From Bacteroidota bacterium (GTDB lineage Bacteria; Bacteroidota; Bacteroidia; NS11-12g; UBA955): a DNA stretch of 64,000 nt. Below the pieces are notes generated by a model, which saw only the letters and a list, made by a program, of their open reading frames with translations, did not search any database and was not told the origin of the DNA. The stretch's first letter is position 1; each line of letters begins with the position of its first letter. The translations under genes were made by a program, and so were the position numbers. Below are positions 51,063 through 62,555 of the stretch, piece after piece. The stretch lies in contig CANMBF010000009.1 of assembly GCA_947496065.1 (NCBI GenBank), forward strand, positions 2,955 to 66,954, written 5' to 3'.

Positions 51063-51461
51063 TTGAAAAAAATAAAAAACCTTTTAAAATATCAATTGCT
51101 CACAATATTGTGGGCAATTTTTATTTACATGCTATGCATAAGCAACCCCTCTGTATTGCCCAAGTACCGCTTTTTTAATATTCCCTATTTCGACAAATGT
51201 GTGCATGCATTCCTTTTTGGTGTCATGGCTTTGTTATTTTTATTAGGCTTTAAACGCCAAACGCCTCGTCTTTATTTTAATAACAAACATTATTTTTTAG
51301 TGCTCCTTTGTTGCACGGTCTATGGCGTTTTTATTGAGCTTGTTCAATATTTCTATACATCCAATAGACATGCCGATATCTACGATGTGGTAGCCGATTC
51401 AACAGGTGCCATGCTTGGTTGTGCAGTTGCATATTTTTGGCTGATCAAAGGAGAAAAATAA
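51063..51461 (+). CDS. VanZ family membrane protein
   Basis: DKCVH, IELVQ, D..D..AD..G. Confidence 0.85.
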   Translation: MKKIKNLLKYQLLTILWAIFIYMLCISNPSVLPKYRFFNIPYFDKCVHAFLFGVMALLFLLGFKRQTPRLYFNNKHYFLVLLCCTVYGVFIELVQYFYTSNRHADIYDVVADSTGAMLGCAVAYFWLIKGEK

Positions 51462-51544
51462 TACCTTTTGCAGATTGAAAAGTTTGCATTTTAAATGCCA
51501 AATCGCCTGTTTTAAATCTTCCCTTTAATCCTTATTTTTGCAGA

Positions 51545-53944
51545 ATGTCTATAAACATGGCGAAAGACAAAGAACCAATCAATTTTGATGCGTTTAGAAC
51601 TGAGGTACTGAACGATTATAAGCTAGCTTTTGAAAGCAGACAGGCCAGTTTGCTTGGAAGAAAAGAAGTATTAACTGGAAAAGCCAAATTTGGAATATTT
51701 GGTGATGGAAAAGAAGTGGCGCAACTCGCCATGGCTAAAGCATTTATGAAAGGCGATTACAGAAGTGGTTATTACCGCGACCAAACATTCATGTTTGCTA
51801 CAGGTATGAATACCATTCAACAGTTTTTTGCTCAACTCTATGCCCATACTGATATAGAGGCAGAACCCAACAGTGCTGGCCGCAGTATGAATGGTCACTT
51901 TGGCTCTAGAATGTTAGACGAGAATGGGCATTGGTTACCACAAACCGATCGCTATAACTCCTCTTCAGATATTTCGCCAACGGCTGGTCAAATGCCGCGT
52001 TTATTGGGTTTGGCCTTGGCTTCAAAATTATATAAAGATAATAGCGATTTACACCAATTCACTGATTTTTCGAACAAAGGAAACGAAGTAGCTTTTGGAA
52101 CTATTGGTAATGCTAGTACCAGTGAAGGTGGTTTTTGGGAGGTTATTAATGCTGCAGGCGTATTGCAAGTGCCTTTAGCTATGAGCGTTTGGGACGATGG
52201 TTACGGCATTTCGGTACCTTCTAAATACCAAACCACAAAAGAAAATATTAGTGTCATTTTAAGTGGCTTTAACTCCGACGACAATGGTGTTGGTGTGGAT
52301 ATTTACAATGCCAAAGGTTGGGACTACGCCCAATTGTGTAAAGTATACAAAGAAGCCATTGACAATTGCAGAAACAATCACCGTCCCGTATTAATACATG
52401 TGAATGAAGTAACCCAACCGCAAGGCCATAGTACATCTGGTTCGCACGAGCGTTATAAGAGCCAAGAGCGTTTGCAATGGGAAGCCGATTTTGATTGCAT
52501 GGTAAAAATGCGCGAATGGATTGAAGCCAACAACATTGCAGAGGCAGCCGACTTAGATAAAATCGAAGAAGATGCAACCAACTATGTAAACGAATGTCGC
52601 AAGGAAGCTTGGGAAGCCTATATTACGCCTATTAAAAATGATGTAGCTACAGCCATAGATCTTTTAAACACTATCAACCACCCGTCGGTAACCGAGGCTG
52701 TTAAAGAATTAAAAGCGACCAAAGATCCCATTAGAAAAGAAATAGGTGTTGCAATTAATAAAGTTTTAATCGGCACCTTGCATAAACCTTCTGTTGAGCG
52801 CGAGCAACTGATTGTTTTCTACAAAAATTTCTTAAAAGAAAATTACAACCGTTATTCATCTCATTTGCACAGCGAATCGCCTAACCATGCACTTGCAATA
52901 GCAGAAACAAAAGCTGACTATTCCGAAGACAAGTTAGTAGATGGTCGCGAAATTGTACTCGCCTGCTTCGATGCAGCACTTGGTCGCGACCCAAGGGTAT
53001 TTGCCTTTGGTGAAGATGTTGGTGCAATAGGTGATGTAAACCAAGGCTTCGCAGGCATGCAAGAAAAATATGGCGAACACCGTGTAAGCGATACCGGTAT
53101 TAGAGAATTAAGTATTATTGGTCAAGGGATTGGCGCTGCAATGCGTGGCTTGCGTCCAATTGCAGAAATACAATATTTAGATTATTTATTATATGCCTTA
53201 CAAATAATGAGCGATGATATTGCAACGCTTGAATACAGAACCACAGGCGGACAAAAAGCACCGTTAATTATTAGAACCCGTGGCCACCGATTAGAGGGCA
53301 TATGGCACAGTGGTTCTCCTATGGGCTTGATCATTAATGCAGTGCGCGGCATGCATGTGTGTGTGCCTCGCAACATGACCCAAGCAGCAGGAATGTATAA
53401 TTTATTATTACAAGCTGATGAGCCCGCTTTGGTGATTGAGTGTTTGAATGGTTACCGTTTAAAGGAGAAAATGCCTTCTAACATTGGGGCATTTACAGTG
53501 CCATTAGGTATCCCCGAAATTATTAATGCAGGTAGCGATGTTACAATTGTTGGTTATGGCAGCACTTTAAGAGTGATTCAAGAGGCCATGAAACGCTTAA
53601 CAGAAGTGGGCATTAGTTGCGAGTTAATAGATGTTCAAACCCTCCTGCCATTTGATATAAATCATAGCATTGTAGAATCTTTAAAGAAAACCAATCGCAT
53701 TGCGTTTATTGATGAAGATTTACCAGGCGGTGCATCTGCCTATATGATGCAAAAAGTATTGGAAGAGCAACACGGTTATCAATATTTAGATACACCGCCA
53801 TTAACCATTTCTGCAAAAGCACACCGCCCTGCTTATGGTACCGATGGTGACTATTTCTCAAAACCAAATGCTGAAGATATTTTCATTGCCATTTATGGCA
53901 TGATGCACGAAACGAATCCTACTCAATTTCCTCAATTTCTTTAA
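51545..53944 (+). CDS. Fused alpha/beta 2-oxoacid (branched-chain) dehydrogenase E1
   Basis: GKAKFGIFGDGKE, GHSTSGSHERYK, GEDVG, RPIAEIQ; TATTTTTG promoter at 51533-51540. Confidence 0.92.
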   Translation: MSINMAKDKEPINFDAFRTEVLNDYKLAFESRQASLLGRKEVLTGKAKFGIFGDGKEVAQLAMAKAFMKGDYRSGYYRDQTFMFATGMNTIQQFFAQLYAHTDIEAEPNSAGRSMNGHFGSRMLDENGHWLPQTDRYNSSSDISPTAGQMPRLLGLALASKLYKDNSDLHQFTDFSNKGNEVAFGTIGNASTSEGGFWEVINAAGVLQVPLAMSVWDDGYGISVPSKYQTTKENISVILSGFNSDDNGVGVDIYNAKGWDYAQLCKVYKEAIDNCRNNHRPVLIHVNEVTQPQGHSTSGSHERYKSQERLQWEADFDCMVKMREWIEANNIAEAADLDKIEEDATNYVNECRKEAWEAYITPIKNDVATAIDLLNTINHPSVTEAVKELKATKDPIRKEIGVAINKVLIGTLHKPSVEREQLIVFYKNFLKENYNRYSSHLHSESPNHALAIAETKADYSEDKLVDGREIVLACFDAALGRDPRVFAFGEDVGAIGDVNQGFAGMQEKYGEHRVSDTGIRELSIIGQGIGAAMRGLRPIAEIQYLDYLLYALQIMSDDIATLEYRTTGGQKAPLIIRTRGHRLEGIWHSGSPMGLIINAVRGMHVCVPRNMTQAAGMYNLLLQADEPALVIECLNGYRLKEKMPSNIGAFTVPLGIPEIINAGSDVTIVGYGSTLRVIQEAMKRLTEVGISCELIDVQTLLPFDINHSIVESLKKTNRIAFIDEDLPGGASAYMMQKVLEEQHGYQYLDTPPLTISAKAHRPAYGTDGDYFSKPNAEDIFIAIYGMMHETNPTQFPQFL

Positions 53945-54953
53945 TGCGTATAATGCGCTGCTTGGTGTATTTATTTCGAACTGAAATATAAGTAGCGCAT
54001 AATACCACCGCTCCAATAAATAGTATACTGAGCTGTGCAGAGAGTTTTCTTTGCAGTGGCAGGATAATAATGATGATTGAAATTAAGGCTTGAACACCTG
54101 CATAAATTGCAGATATTTTCAAATGTTTCTCTTTACCTATATGAACTAATTTTTTGAAAAGAAAATCGCGATGTGGTACAAAAATATTTTCTTTTAAGAT
54201 TAATTTGTAAATAACTGTTAAGCCAGCATCCATACCCATTACAGCGAACAATAAAAGGTAAGCATAGTTCCCAGTTTTGAAAATCAAACTCAGCATTAAA
54301 TAAAAGATAACAAAGGCTATACCTATACTCCCAGCGTCACCAGCAAACACCTTGGCCCTTCCTCTAAAATTAAAAAACATAAAGGCGATGACACCACAAA
54401 TCATGGTATATATAAAATTCGGATCTGTAAATTCGATGGTGTTGCCTTCCAAATCAACAGAATGGTCATTAAGCCACCAAAAACTTAACAAGATGACGAG
54501 GCTATTTAAACCCAACATACCATTAATTCCATCCATGAAATTAAAGGCGTTCAATACACCTATACCAAAAATTACACAGGCAATAATAATGGGCAGTTTC
54601 TCGGCCGATATATAATCGAATGGTAACTCTATGGCTAGGAGTATTAAAGCAAATACTTGAAAAATAAGGCGAACAAAGTGTTTAATAAATACCAAATCAT
54701 CAATGTAACTTATTGTACAAACCATTAATAAACCAATAATAAAAAACGATTTAAGTGTGAATGGAAACGCAATGCAATAAATCATTAAGCCAAACAATAC
54801 AAATAAACCAAAACCAGTAATGGTTTGCTTACTGTGAGAACTTCTGCCAACAGGGTGGTCGTAAAGCTTAAAGTACTTGGCTGCCTTCAGATATAAAATC
54901 GAATACAGGATGAAGGAAATGGGCGCAATAAAGCTATATAAATAGGTGGGCAT
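53919..54953 (-). CDS. MraY/WecA-family (Glycos_transf_4) polyprenyl-phosphate sugar-1-phosphate transferase
   Basis: RSSH, YIDD, NAFNFMDGING, FAGDAGS. Confidence 0.9.
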   Translation of the reverse strand: MPTYLYSFIAPISFILYSILYLKAAKYFKLYDHPVGRSSHSKQTITGFGLFVLFGLMIYCIAFPFTLKSFFIIGLLMVCTISYIDDLVFIKHFVRLIFQVFALILLAIELPFDYISAEKLPIIIACVIFGIGVLNAFNFMDGINGMLGLNSLVILLSFWWLNDHSVDLEGNTIEFTDPNFIYTMICGVIAFMFFNFRGRAKVFAGDAGSIGIAFVIFYLMLSLIFKTGNYAYLLLFAVMGMDAGLTVIYKLILKENIFVPHRDFLFKKLVHIGKEKHLKISAIYAGVQALISIIIIILPLQRKLSAQLSILFIGAVVLCATYISVRNKYTKQRIIRIKEIEEIE

Positions 54954-54977
54954 TAATACTTATTAGTTGTTGCAAAA

Positions 54978-56864
54978 TTAAGTAGATTTTGAATATAATT
55001 TTTCTATCCAACTTTTATATTTATCCTCAATTAATTTTCGCTTTTGTTTAAGCGTTACGGTTAATTCACCACTTTCAACAGTAAACGGGGTGCGCTTTAC
55101 AACAAATTCTCTAATTCTGCTGTAATTGGCAATGCTCTGCGAAAGTTTTTTTACATCTTGCTCAATCCAATTCTTAATATCATCTTGCTCAGTCATAGGA
55201 TTTTCGTCATTAAAAAAGGAATCATTTAAGCCGAAGAATTTCTTCAAACTGTCCTCCCTTGGAACGATGATGGCTGTGATGTATTCGCGCTTGTCGCCAA
55301 TAATAAAAATCTGTTCAATGCGCTCGCTTTGCAAATATATATTTTCAAGTGGCGTAGGATAAATATTTTTACCCAAACTCGTTTTCAACATATTCTTTAA
55401 ACGGTCGGTAATTTTTAAATATCCTTTCTCAAATTTACCGATATCGCCAGTATGAAACCAACCTTCCGCATCCATTACCACAGCCGTTTCCAAAGGATTG
55501 TTATAATACCCTAACATAATATTAGGCCCTTTGCATAGTATTTCGCCTTCGGCACTTTCAAAATTAGGTTTAAAACTATCGTAGGTTTGAATTGTAATAA
55601 TTTCTTTCGACTCTACATTTTGAATAGCAACTTGCTGACGTGGTGCCACTCTGCCGCTGGTGCCATGCACTTGTCTTTCATATTCATTCACCGTTACAAA
55701 TGGCGATGTCTCTGTTAAGCCATAACCCTGTTGACAACGGATACCAATGTTTCCGAAAAATTCACCCACATGCTGAGGCAAGGCGCCACCACCTGATACC
55801 AAAAGTTTTAAACGGCCACCTAGTTTGGATTTAATTTTACTAAACACCAATTTTTCGGCAACTGAATGTTGGATTGCTAAAACAGGTCCAATCATTTTAT
55901 GTTGCTCTTTTCGCCAACGATGGGACTCACCAACTTTCAAACTCCAGAAAAATATTTTACTCGCTATACCGCCCTTGTCAACCGCATTGCCTCTAATTCT
56001 TGCCTCCAATCGCTCAAGTAAGCGCGGCACACAAGTCATGATGGTTGGATGTATCTCTTGAAAATTTTGTGAAATTTTTTCAATGCTTTCAGTATAGGCA
56101 ATTTGAGCGCCAATAAAAGTTGGCAAATAATAACCTGCCATGCGCTCGTATACATGGCTTAAAGGCAGGAATGATAGCATCCTGTCGTCCTTGTTAATAC
56201 TAGGACACAATTCTAAAGCATCATAACAATTGCTCATGAAATTATAATGGCTTAACATGGCCCCTTTCGGAACGCCTGTTGTACCGCTAGTGTAAATAAG
56301 TGCGGCCAAATCATTGTGTTGAATGGTCGGCAATACTGCTTCAATCTCTGTCTTTAAATTTGGCCAAAGTTGAGCGCCTTCGGCTTTAATATCGGTTAAC
56401 AACCTCAATTTTTCATTAGGCAATTTATAATCAAATGCTAAAAATACTTTTTCTATCGTTGGGCAATTAACTTCTACTTTTTGAAATTTTTTCAATAGGA
56501 AGGGGGTGCCTAATAAAACTGCCTTTGCGCCACTATCATTTAATATAAATTGGGTTTCCTCGGCAGTAAGGGTAGGAAAAATAGAAACATTCACAGCGCC
56601 CAATTTTTGCAGTGCTTGATCGAAATAAACAAACTCTGGACAATTTTCTAAAATAATCGCTACTTTATCGCCTCTTCGAATACCAATACTGAATAGGTAA
56701 GCGGCCCATTTTTCTATTTCTTCAAAAGTTTGACGGTAAGTTATTGCCTCGTATTGACCATTCACTTTTTCAAATAAAAAGGGATGTTCTGGGGCGTGAA
56801 TTACATTAGCAGAATATATTAGAAATTCATGTAATGAACCAAAATCAGGGTCTTTGAATGCCAT
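54978..56864 (-). CDS. Long-chain fatty-acid--CoA ligase
   Basis: YTSGTTGVPKG, GYGLTETSP, FHTGDIG. Confidence 0.93.
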   Translation of the reverse strand: MAFKDPDFGSLHEFLIYSANVIHAPEHPFLFEKVNGQYEAITYRQTFEEIEKWAAYLFSIGIRRGDKVAIILENCPEFVYFDQALQKLGAVNVSIFPTLTAEETQFILNDSGAKAVLLGTPFLLKKFQKVEVNCPTIEKVFLAFDYKLPNEKLRLLTDIKAEGAQLWPNLKTEIEAVLPTIQHNDLAALIYTSGTTGVPKGAMLSHYNFMSNCYDALELCPSINKDDRMLSFLPLSHVYERMAGYYLPTFIGAQIAYTESIEKISQNFQEIHPTIMTCVPRLLERLEARIRGNAVDKGGIASKIFFWSLKVGESHRWRKEQHKMIGPVLAIQHSVAEKLVFSKIKSKLGGRLKLLVSGGGALPQHVGEFFGNIGIRCQQGYGLTETSPFVTVNEYERQVHGTSGRVAPRQQVAIQNVESKEIITIQTYDSFKPNFESAEGEILCKGPNIMLGYYNNPLETAVVMDAEGWFHTGDIGKFEKGYLKITDRLKNMLKTSLGKNIYPTPLENIYLQSERIEQIFIIGDKREYITAIIVPREDSLKKFFGLNDSFFNDENPMTEQDDIKNWIEQDVKKLSQSIANYSRIREFVVKRTPFTVESGELTVTLKQKRKLIEDKYKSWIEKLYSKST

Positions 56865-56981
56865 TTTAATTAAAATATGAATTGCAAAAATATAGTTTTT
56901 TTATTGAATCCACTCTGGTTAAAAAATAAGATGTGAAAAATAATATTTTAGCTTTCTTACTATTTTACCTACATGCTTGTT

Positions 56982-57863
56982 TTAAATAACGTTAAAGGAC
57001 TGATAGTGCCAATATGGCCTTATTTCACTTCCAAATTTACTGTAAAAATAAGCCACGCCTTCTATTTCACTGCCTTCAAAATCGAGGATGATAGGCTGAC
57101 CTGCATATCGCTGAATTACCTCATCTATTAAGCTATTCATGATACCAAATTTTTTGCCTGCTGCCGTTGCACCTCCATTCATGTAAAACAAATAACCCGG
57201 ACTTATAAAAAACAAAACGGCACCTAATAACTCGTCATCCAAAAAAGCGCCAAGGGTTAAAAGCCGTCCTTTGGAAAAGGCAATATCACAATTATTAGCC
57301 AATAGCTTATAATGTTGGTCGGTTAACTCAGGATTTAGGCTACCCCAGGCTTGCCTATTTATTGCAATAACATCTTGTGCAGGGATGCCCCATTTGAAAA
57401 CAATGTCTTGGCGCTCAACCTTGCGGATGTTCTTATTCACATCGGGATTGTAGTTGACGGCTAATGACGTGTAAGTTAAATTTAAGTCTAGCTGGTAGTT
57501 GTTGCGCAATCTGCCCTTAGAAGGGGTTCCATGCAATAAATTTAATTGCATATCAATCCATAAATAACTGCGTGGTATGGCTTTTAAAAAATCATTTGTT
57601 GAAATCTTAAAATCAACTGGTCCAAAGACCCCTAACTGTTGACAAAAATAGGGTTGATAGATGTACTTAATGCCAAACTTTTTCTTCCAAGGCATTGGAA
57701 ACACCGCTTCATAATCTCCCCAAACAAGGGCGTCCCATTGATTTGAAGTGATGGTATTCAAATACCACGAATATCCATAAATAAGCGGCGCACTGCTTTT
57801 ATCAATGGCTAAGTCCCATTTAACAAAATCTATTTGATGGTATTTAATTCGTTTAATTTTCAT
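56982..57863 (-). CDS. GNAT/FemAB-like acyltransferase
   Basis: QP.FCQQLG, LDFEGS...GVA.FY..FG. Confidence 0.8.
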   Translation of the reverse strand: MKIKRIKYHQIDFVKWDLAIDKSSAPLIYGYSWYLNTITSNQWDALVWGDYEAVFPMPWKKKFGIKYIYQPYFCQQLGVFGPVDFKISTNDFLKAIPRSYLWIDMQLNLLHGTPSKGRLRNNYQLDLNLTYTSLAVNYNPDVNKNIRKVERQDIVFKWGIPAQDVIAINRQAWGSLNPELTDQHYKLLANNCDIAFSKGRLLTLGAFLDDELLGAVLFFISPGYLFYMNGGATAAGKKFGIMNSLIDEVIQRYAGQPIILDFEGSEIEGVAYFYSKFGSEIRPYWHYQSFNVI

Positions 57864-59154
57864 TTTTTAACCAATTTTCAAACACAGATCGCCATCCCAA
57901 CCAAGTATCGTAATCGCTTAAGGATTCGTTGTGAAACACAAAACAAAAAGAGCCTTTATTCTCATGAATTTGATGGCGAATCAAGTCGGTTGATTTTATC
58001 GTTTCACCTGGCTTGAATTTCATGAATTCTTTGTAGGCAACATCCATTGCAGAAAATGGAACGAGTTCTAATGTTGTTGATTCTTCTATCGCTAAATTAT
58101 ACCAATAAAAGGGTTTCGAAGTTGAGGCTCTAAAACCTGGTACTTCAGAATAGCCCATCGAATACTCGTGTTGAATGCCTAGTTTAATTAAATCACTATA
58201 GGTCTGTGGCAAGGAAAATCGCAAATAATGTTGACGACTTTTTAATACCGGTCTTTCAATGATAGATTCTAAAATAGTCTTTTCATTCGCTATCATTTCT
58301 TGATTTAAGAACGACGCATAACTCGGGTGTAATCCTACCTCATGCCCTTCTGCTACAAGGCGTTTAAGTATACTTTGAAATGCTGGATTTTGAGCTTGGA
58401 TGTTTTTATCATACGAACCGTAGTTGCCCACTTGTATAAAATAGTTAGCCTTAATACCCGCCTGTTTCAAAACGTCTAATTGGTAATCAAAATTATCAAA
58501 TGGATCTTGTTGGCTAGAAAAAATAACGCCTACCCTTTTGCTGAGTTGTGACCATTTGAATTTCGTTAAATCGCGCAGAAAACCGCCCAGCTGCCGTTTA
58601 AAACCTTTGCCTTTATAGGTAAAAACAGCATCAATATCGATGGTGGGTTGTATCCTTATATCACCTTCTTTAAAAGTTAAAACACCTGGATACAATGCGT
58701 CCAAATAAGAATACAAATAGTTGATCCAAACGTCTACCAATGGCATCTGCAAATAGTTGTTTTGGTGTAAAACAGATTGTTTATAAGAAAACCTTTGGTG
58801 TTGATCTAATTCAGTTGCTTGATATTCTTCATAGCGCGAGAGACAAAAAAAGATAGCACTTAAAATATCGAATCCTAGGTCGCTTTCATTTGCAAATAAC
58901 ACCGGCCGATTATTGACTATTTCAAAATCAGGCAATAGTTGATCAGTACCCCTTGCTTCCATTAAACCATTCGGTAGAATTTGAATCCAGCCCTCCAACT
59001 TTTGGTGACTGTAATTAATGCGAATAACAGCGCTAGTATTCTTGATTTCAGAAAGGTTCAACAACACATAACCACAACCAAATTGTTGTTCGAAAATATA
59101 GTCTAAAACATATTTTGTTCGATTAGAATGGTATGGCGTATAAATTGCTATCAA
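57853..59154 (-). CDS. Polysaccharide deacetylase family protein (DUF7033-like)
   Basis: LSRYEEY, TIDID, GLHPSY, RQHYLR, FHNESLS. Confidence 0.85.
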   Translation of the reverse strand: MIAIYTPYHSNRTKYVLDYIFEQQFGCGYVLLNLSEIKNTSAVIRINYSHQKLEGWIQILPNGLMEARGTDQLLPDFEIVNNRPVLFANESDLGFDILSAIFFCLSRYEEYQATELDQHQRFSYKQSVLHQNNYLQMPLVDVWINYLYSYLDALYPGVLTFKEGDIRIQPTIDIDAVFTYKGKGFKRQLGGFLRDLTKFKWSQLSKRVGVIFSSQQDPFDNFDYQLDVLKQAGIKANYFIQVGNYGSYDKNIQAQNPAFQSILKRLVAEGHEVGLHPSYASFLNQEMIANEKTILESIIERPVLKSRQHYLRFSLPQTYSDLIKLGIQHEYSMGYSEVPGFRASTSKPFYWYNLAIEESTTLELVPFSAMDVAYKEFMKFKPGETIKSTDLIRHQIHENKGSFCFVFHNESLSDYDTWLGWRSVFENWLKNEN

Positions 59155-59199
59155 AATTTTACTATTTTTGCCTTTTTACGCAAATAAACAATATTTTTA

Positions 59200-60336
59200 A
59201 TGAAAGTTGCTCTAATCACAGGAATTACCGGTCAAGATGGCGCCTATTTGGCTGAATTTCTTTTAAAGAAAGGCTATATAGTGCACGGACTAAAGCGCAG
59301 AAGTTCTTTGTTCAATACAGATAGAATCGATCATTTATACCAAGATCCGCATGTTCCCAACGCTAATTTAAAATTGCATTTTGGTGATTTAACCGATAGC
59401 ACGAATCTCATCCGCTTGATTCAAGAAATTCAACCTGATGAAATTTATAACTTGGCGGCCATGAGCCATGTGCATGTTAGTTTTGAAACACCCGAATACA
59501 CTGCCAATGCAGATGGTTTAGGGACTTTACGCTTATTAGAGGCCATACGCATTTGTGGGCTAATTAAAAAAACACGCATCTACCAAGCATCAACCTCTGA
59601 ATTGTATGGTTTGGTGCAAGCAGTGCCTCAAAGTGAAACAACGCCTTTCTATCCGCGCTCACCTTATGCAGTTGCTAAAATGTATGCCTATTGGATTACG
59701 GTGAATTACAGAGAAGCTTATGATTTATATGCATGCAACGGTATTTTATTTAACCATGAATCGCCTATTCGAGGAGAAACTTTTGTAACTAGAAAAATAA
59801 CCCGTGCAGCTTCAAAAATTGCCTTAGGTTTACAAGATAAATTATACCTTGGTAACTTAAACAGTAAGCGCGATTGGGGCCATGCAAAAGATTATATAGA
59901 AGCCATGTACCTAATGTTGCAACAGGAAAAAGCTGAAGATTTCGTCATCGCTACAGGTAAAACAACCGAGATACGTGAGTTTGCGAGAATGGCCTTTGCC
60001 TATTTAGGAATCACACTAAAATTCGAAGGTCAGAATGCGAACGAAAAAGGTATTATTGAATCAATAGATGTTGATAAAGCAGCGGCCTTAGGTTTGAACA
60101 CTACAGCACTTACAATTGGTAAAGAAGTTATCAATGTAGATGCTAAATATTTCCGACCAACTGAGGTTGATTTACTAATTGGAGATGCTCAAAAAGCTGA
60201 GAAAAAATTAGGTTGGAAAGCAAAACACAGCTTACAAGATTTAGTGAACGACATGATGCAAAGTGATTTGCATTTAATGAAGAAAGACGAATATTTAAGA
60301 GCTGGTGGATTTACCACCCTAAGCTATTTCGAATAG
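59200..60336 (+). CDS. gmd: GDP-mannose 4,6-dehydratase
   Basis: [32 protein letters not shown]; TATTTTTG promoter at 59163-59170. Confidence 0.97.
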   Translation: MKVALITGITGQDGAYLAEFLLKKGYIVHGLKRRSSLFNTDRIDHLYQDPHVPNANLKLHFGDLTDSTNLIRLIQEIQPDEIYNLAAMSHVHVSFETPEYTANADGLGTLRLLEAIRICGLIKKTRIYQASTSELYGLVQAVPQSETTPFYPRSPYAVAKMYAYWITVNYREAYDLYACNGILFNHESPIRGETFVTRKITRAASKIALGLQDKLYLGNLNSKRDWGHAKDYIEAMYLMLQQEKAEDFVIATGKTTEIREFARMAFAYLGITLKFEGQNANEKGIIESIDVDKAAALGLNTTALTIGKEVINVDAKYFRPTEVDLLIGDAQKAEKKLGWKAKHSLQDLVNDMMQSDLHLMKKDEYLRAGGFTTLSYFE

Positions 60337-60338
60337 GC

Positions 60339-61112
60339 TTAACCCTTTCTCGTTTTATATTTTACCAAGTACTTTCCCTTTTCATCCACACGGGTGTAAG
60401 GAGGACTGCGCATTAATTCAAAATAATTATAGCCCTCTTGCAAGTTCTTCCAAAAATCCATTTTGGTTTGGTCGTATTTGTAAAAGCTTTTTAAATAATA
60501 CCAATTCGCAGCGGTCATTTTACATGGGTAAATATGAATAGGTATGTGATAGTTGGTATCTCTATTGCCCTGAGCTTGAATATTGCACCAATACAATTCC
60601 TTGATCCCCTCTGTACTCATGGGCATACAGCCAATGGTTAAGCTATCGCCATGCACAAATATTTCGCCGCCATAGTTACCTTTTTTACCCAATATGCTAT
60701 CGCTTTTATTGGGATAGGAAACTTTGAATGACAAATAAAAACTACTGTAAGGATTGTATTGATTAATGTTGTAATAACCTTCAGGCACCTGGTAATCGCC
60801 TTCGCAGCGCTTAGGGCCTAATGATCCAGAAAGTCTAACAATATAATATATTTTCACTAATTTATACCGCTGGTTTGCGCTATCGGCTGCCCATAACTCC
60901 ATTTGTTGTTCCTTTTTAAAAGCACGCCAATAAACAAACTTTGGAGGGTATTGTAAATTAGCTGCTAAGAAAGCTTTTTTTAAATTTTCATCACTACTAA
61001 TTCGCGCATTCCAAACCCTTTGGTTGCCGAGTTGTTGCTCGGTTAATACCTGTGGTTGTGCCACCAATTTTACAATTGAAAAACTGAATATTAAAAGCGG
61101 GATAAAACGCAT
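60339..61112 (-). CDS. L,D-transpeptidase/carboxypeptidase (YkuD, YafK-like)
   Basis: GPKR.EGD.QVPEG.Y, SYPN.SD, IFVHG....IGC. Confidence 0.88.
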   Translation of the reverse strand: MRFIPLLIFSFSIVKLVAQPQVLTEQQLGNQRVWNARISSDENLKKAFLAANLQYPPKFVYWRAFKKEQQMELWAADSANQRYKLVKIYYIVRLSGSLGPKRCEGDYQVPEGYYNINQYNPYSSFYLSFKVSYPNKSDSILGKKGNYGGEIFVHGDSLTIGCMPMSTEGIKELYWCNIQAQGNRDTNYHIPIHIYPCKMTAANWYYLKSFYKYDQTKMDFWKNLQEGYNYFELMRSPPYTRVDEKGKYLVKYKTRKG

Positions 61113-61121
61113 GGAAAGTGA

Positions 61122-62555
61122 TTAGTCTACCACACTAATTTTAATACTATTGGCCATTGATTTATTTTTGATAGGCATACTTGCAGTATGTATAACACGG
61201 TCGCCCGCGTGTATTAAATCTTCTGACTTGAGGATGTCAATTACATCGCTAAAGGTTTGATCGGTGCTTTCATACTTATCGTAATAAAAACCGCGAATAC
61301 CCCACACCAAATTCATGGTTTTTAAAAGTGGTTTATGACTGGTGAAAATATAAATATCGGCACGTGGGCGAAAAGAAGAAATTTCGATGGCAGAATACCC
61401 TGAACGTGTCATCCCGACAATGGCTTTGGCCTTTAGGTGATCGCTCATTCTAACTGCAGTAAAACAGATTTCATCCGAAATAAAAGTATCGCTTTCGGCC
61501 GTTGGTTTAACACCTTTGAAATAAACCCTTCTATCTTTCTCAACGTCTTTAATAATTTTTTCCATCGTTTCAACCACCTTTACAGGGTAGCTTCCTACAC
61601 TGGTTTCAGCACTTAGCATTACCGCATCCGCCCCATCAATTACGGCATTGGCAACATCGGTTACCTCGGCTCTAGTTGGCGTAGGATTAGTAATCATGGT
61701 TTCCATCATTTGTGTTGCTACAATGACTGGCTTACCTGCTATCAAACATTTTTCAATGATATTTTTCTGAATTATTGGCAAATCCTGCAATGGCATTTCC
61801 ACCCCTAAATCGCCTCTCGCTATCATAATGGCATCGGCTACAGCAATAATAGAATCAATATTTTTTACCGCTTCTGGTTTTTCAATTTTAGCGATTACCA
61901 AAGAGGTTTTACCAGCTGCTGCAATTCTATTTTTAAGATCAATAATATCTTCGGCACTTCTCACAAATGAAAGACCAATCCACTCAACATCATTGGCCAA
62001 TCCAAATTCTAAATCTTCGATATCTTTTGGTGTTAAACTTGGAAAAGAAACATCTGTATGGGGTAGATTAAATCCTTTTTTGGATTTTAAAATGCCCCCT
62101 TCCATAATGGTTACTTTAACATCTGTCGCATTTAATATTTCATCAATGCGTAATTCCAATTTACCATCATCTAATAAAATAGATTCACCTGGTTTAACAT
62201 CACGAGTTAGATTCGCATAACGAATGCCTATGCGACTAGCAGTTCCTATCACTTCTTCTGAAGTAATAACAGTTTGTTCGCCATCTTTAAGCAAAACGCC
62301 CTCATTCTCCATAATGCCTACACGCAGCTTAGGACCTTGCAAATCTTGTAAAATACAAATATCTGAACTCAGCTCATTATTGATTTCCCGAATATTGGTC
62401 AGCACACTTAAATGGTCTTCATAGCTACCATGCGAAAAATTGAGGCGACAGACATCGACCCCAGCCATGATAATTTGTTTTAAATTTTCTTTCGAAGCTG
62501 TAGCAGGACCAATGGTTGCTATAATTTTGGTTTTATTGAAATTCTTTTTATACAT
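61122..62555 (-). CDS. pyk: Pyruvate kinase
   Basis: TKIIATIGPA, RLNFSHG, AKIEK, ARGDLGVE, MLSAET. Confidence 0.97.
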   Translation of the reverse strand: MYKKNFNKTKIIATIGPATASKENLKQIIMAGVDVCRLNFSHGSYEDHLSVLTNIREINNELSSDICILQDLQGPKLRVGIMENEGVLLKDGEQTVITSEEVIGTASRIGIRYANLTRDVKPGESILLDDGKLELRIDEILNATDVKVTIMEGGILKSKKGFNLPHTDVSFPSLTPKDIEDLEFGLANDVEWIGLSFVRSAEDIIDLKNRIAAAGKTSLVIAKIEKPEAVKNIDSIIAVADAIMIARGDLGVEMPLQDLPIIQKNIIEKCLIAGKPVIVATQMMETMITNPTPTRAEVTDVANAVIDGADAVMLSAETSVGSYPVKVVETMEKIIKDVEKDRRVYFKGVKPTAESDTFISDEICFTAVRMSDHLKAKAIVGMTRSGYSAIEISSFRPRADIYIFTSHKPLLKTMNLVWGIRGFYYDKYESTDQTFSDVIDILKSEDLIHAGDRVIHTASMPIKNKSMANSIKISVVD

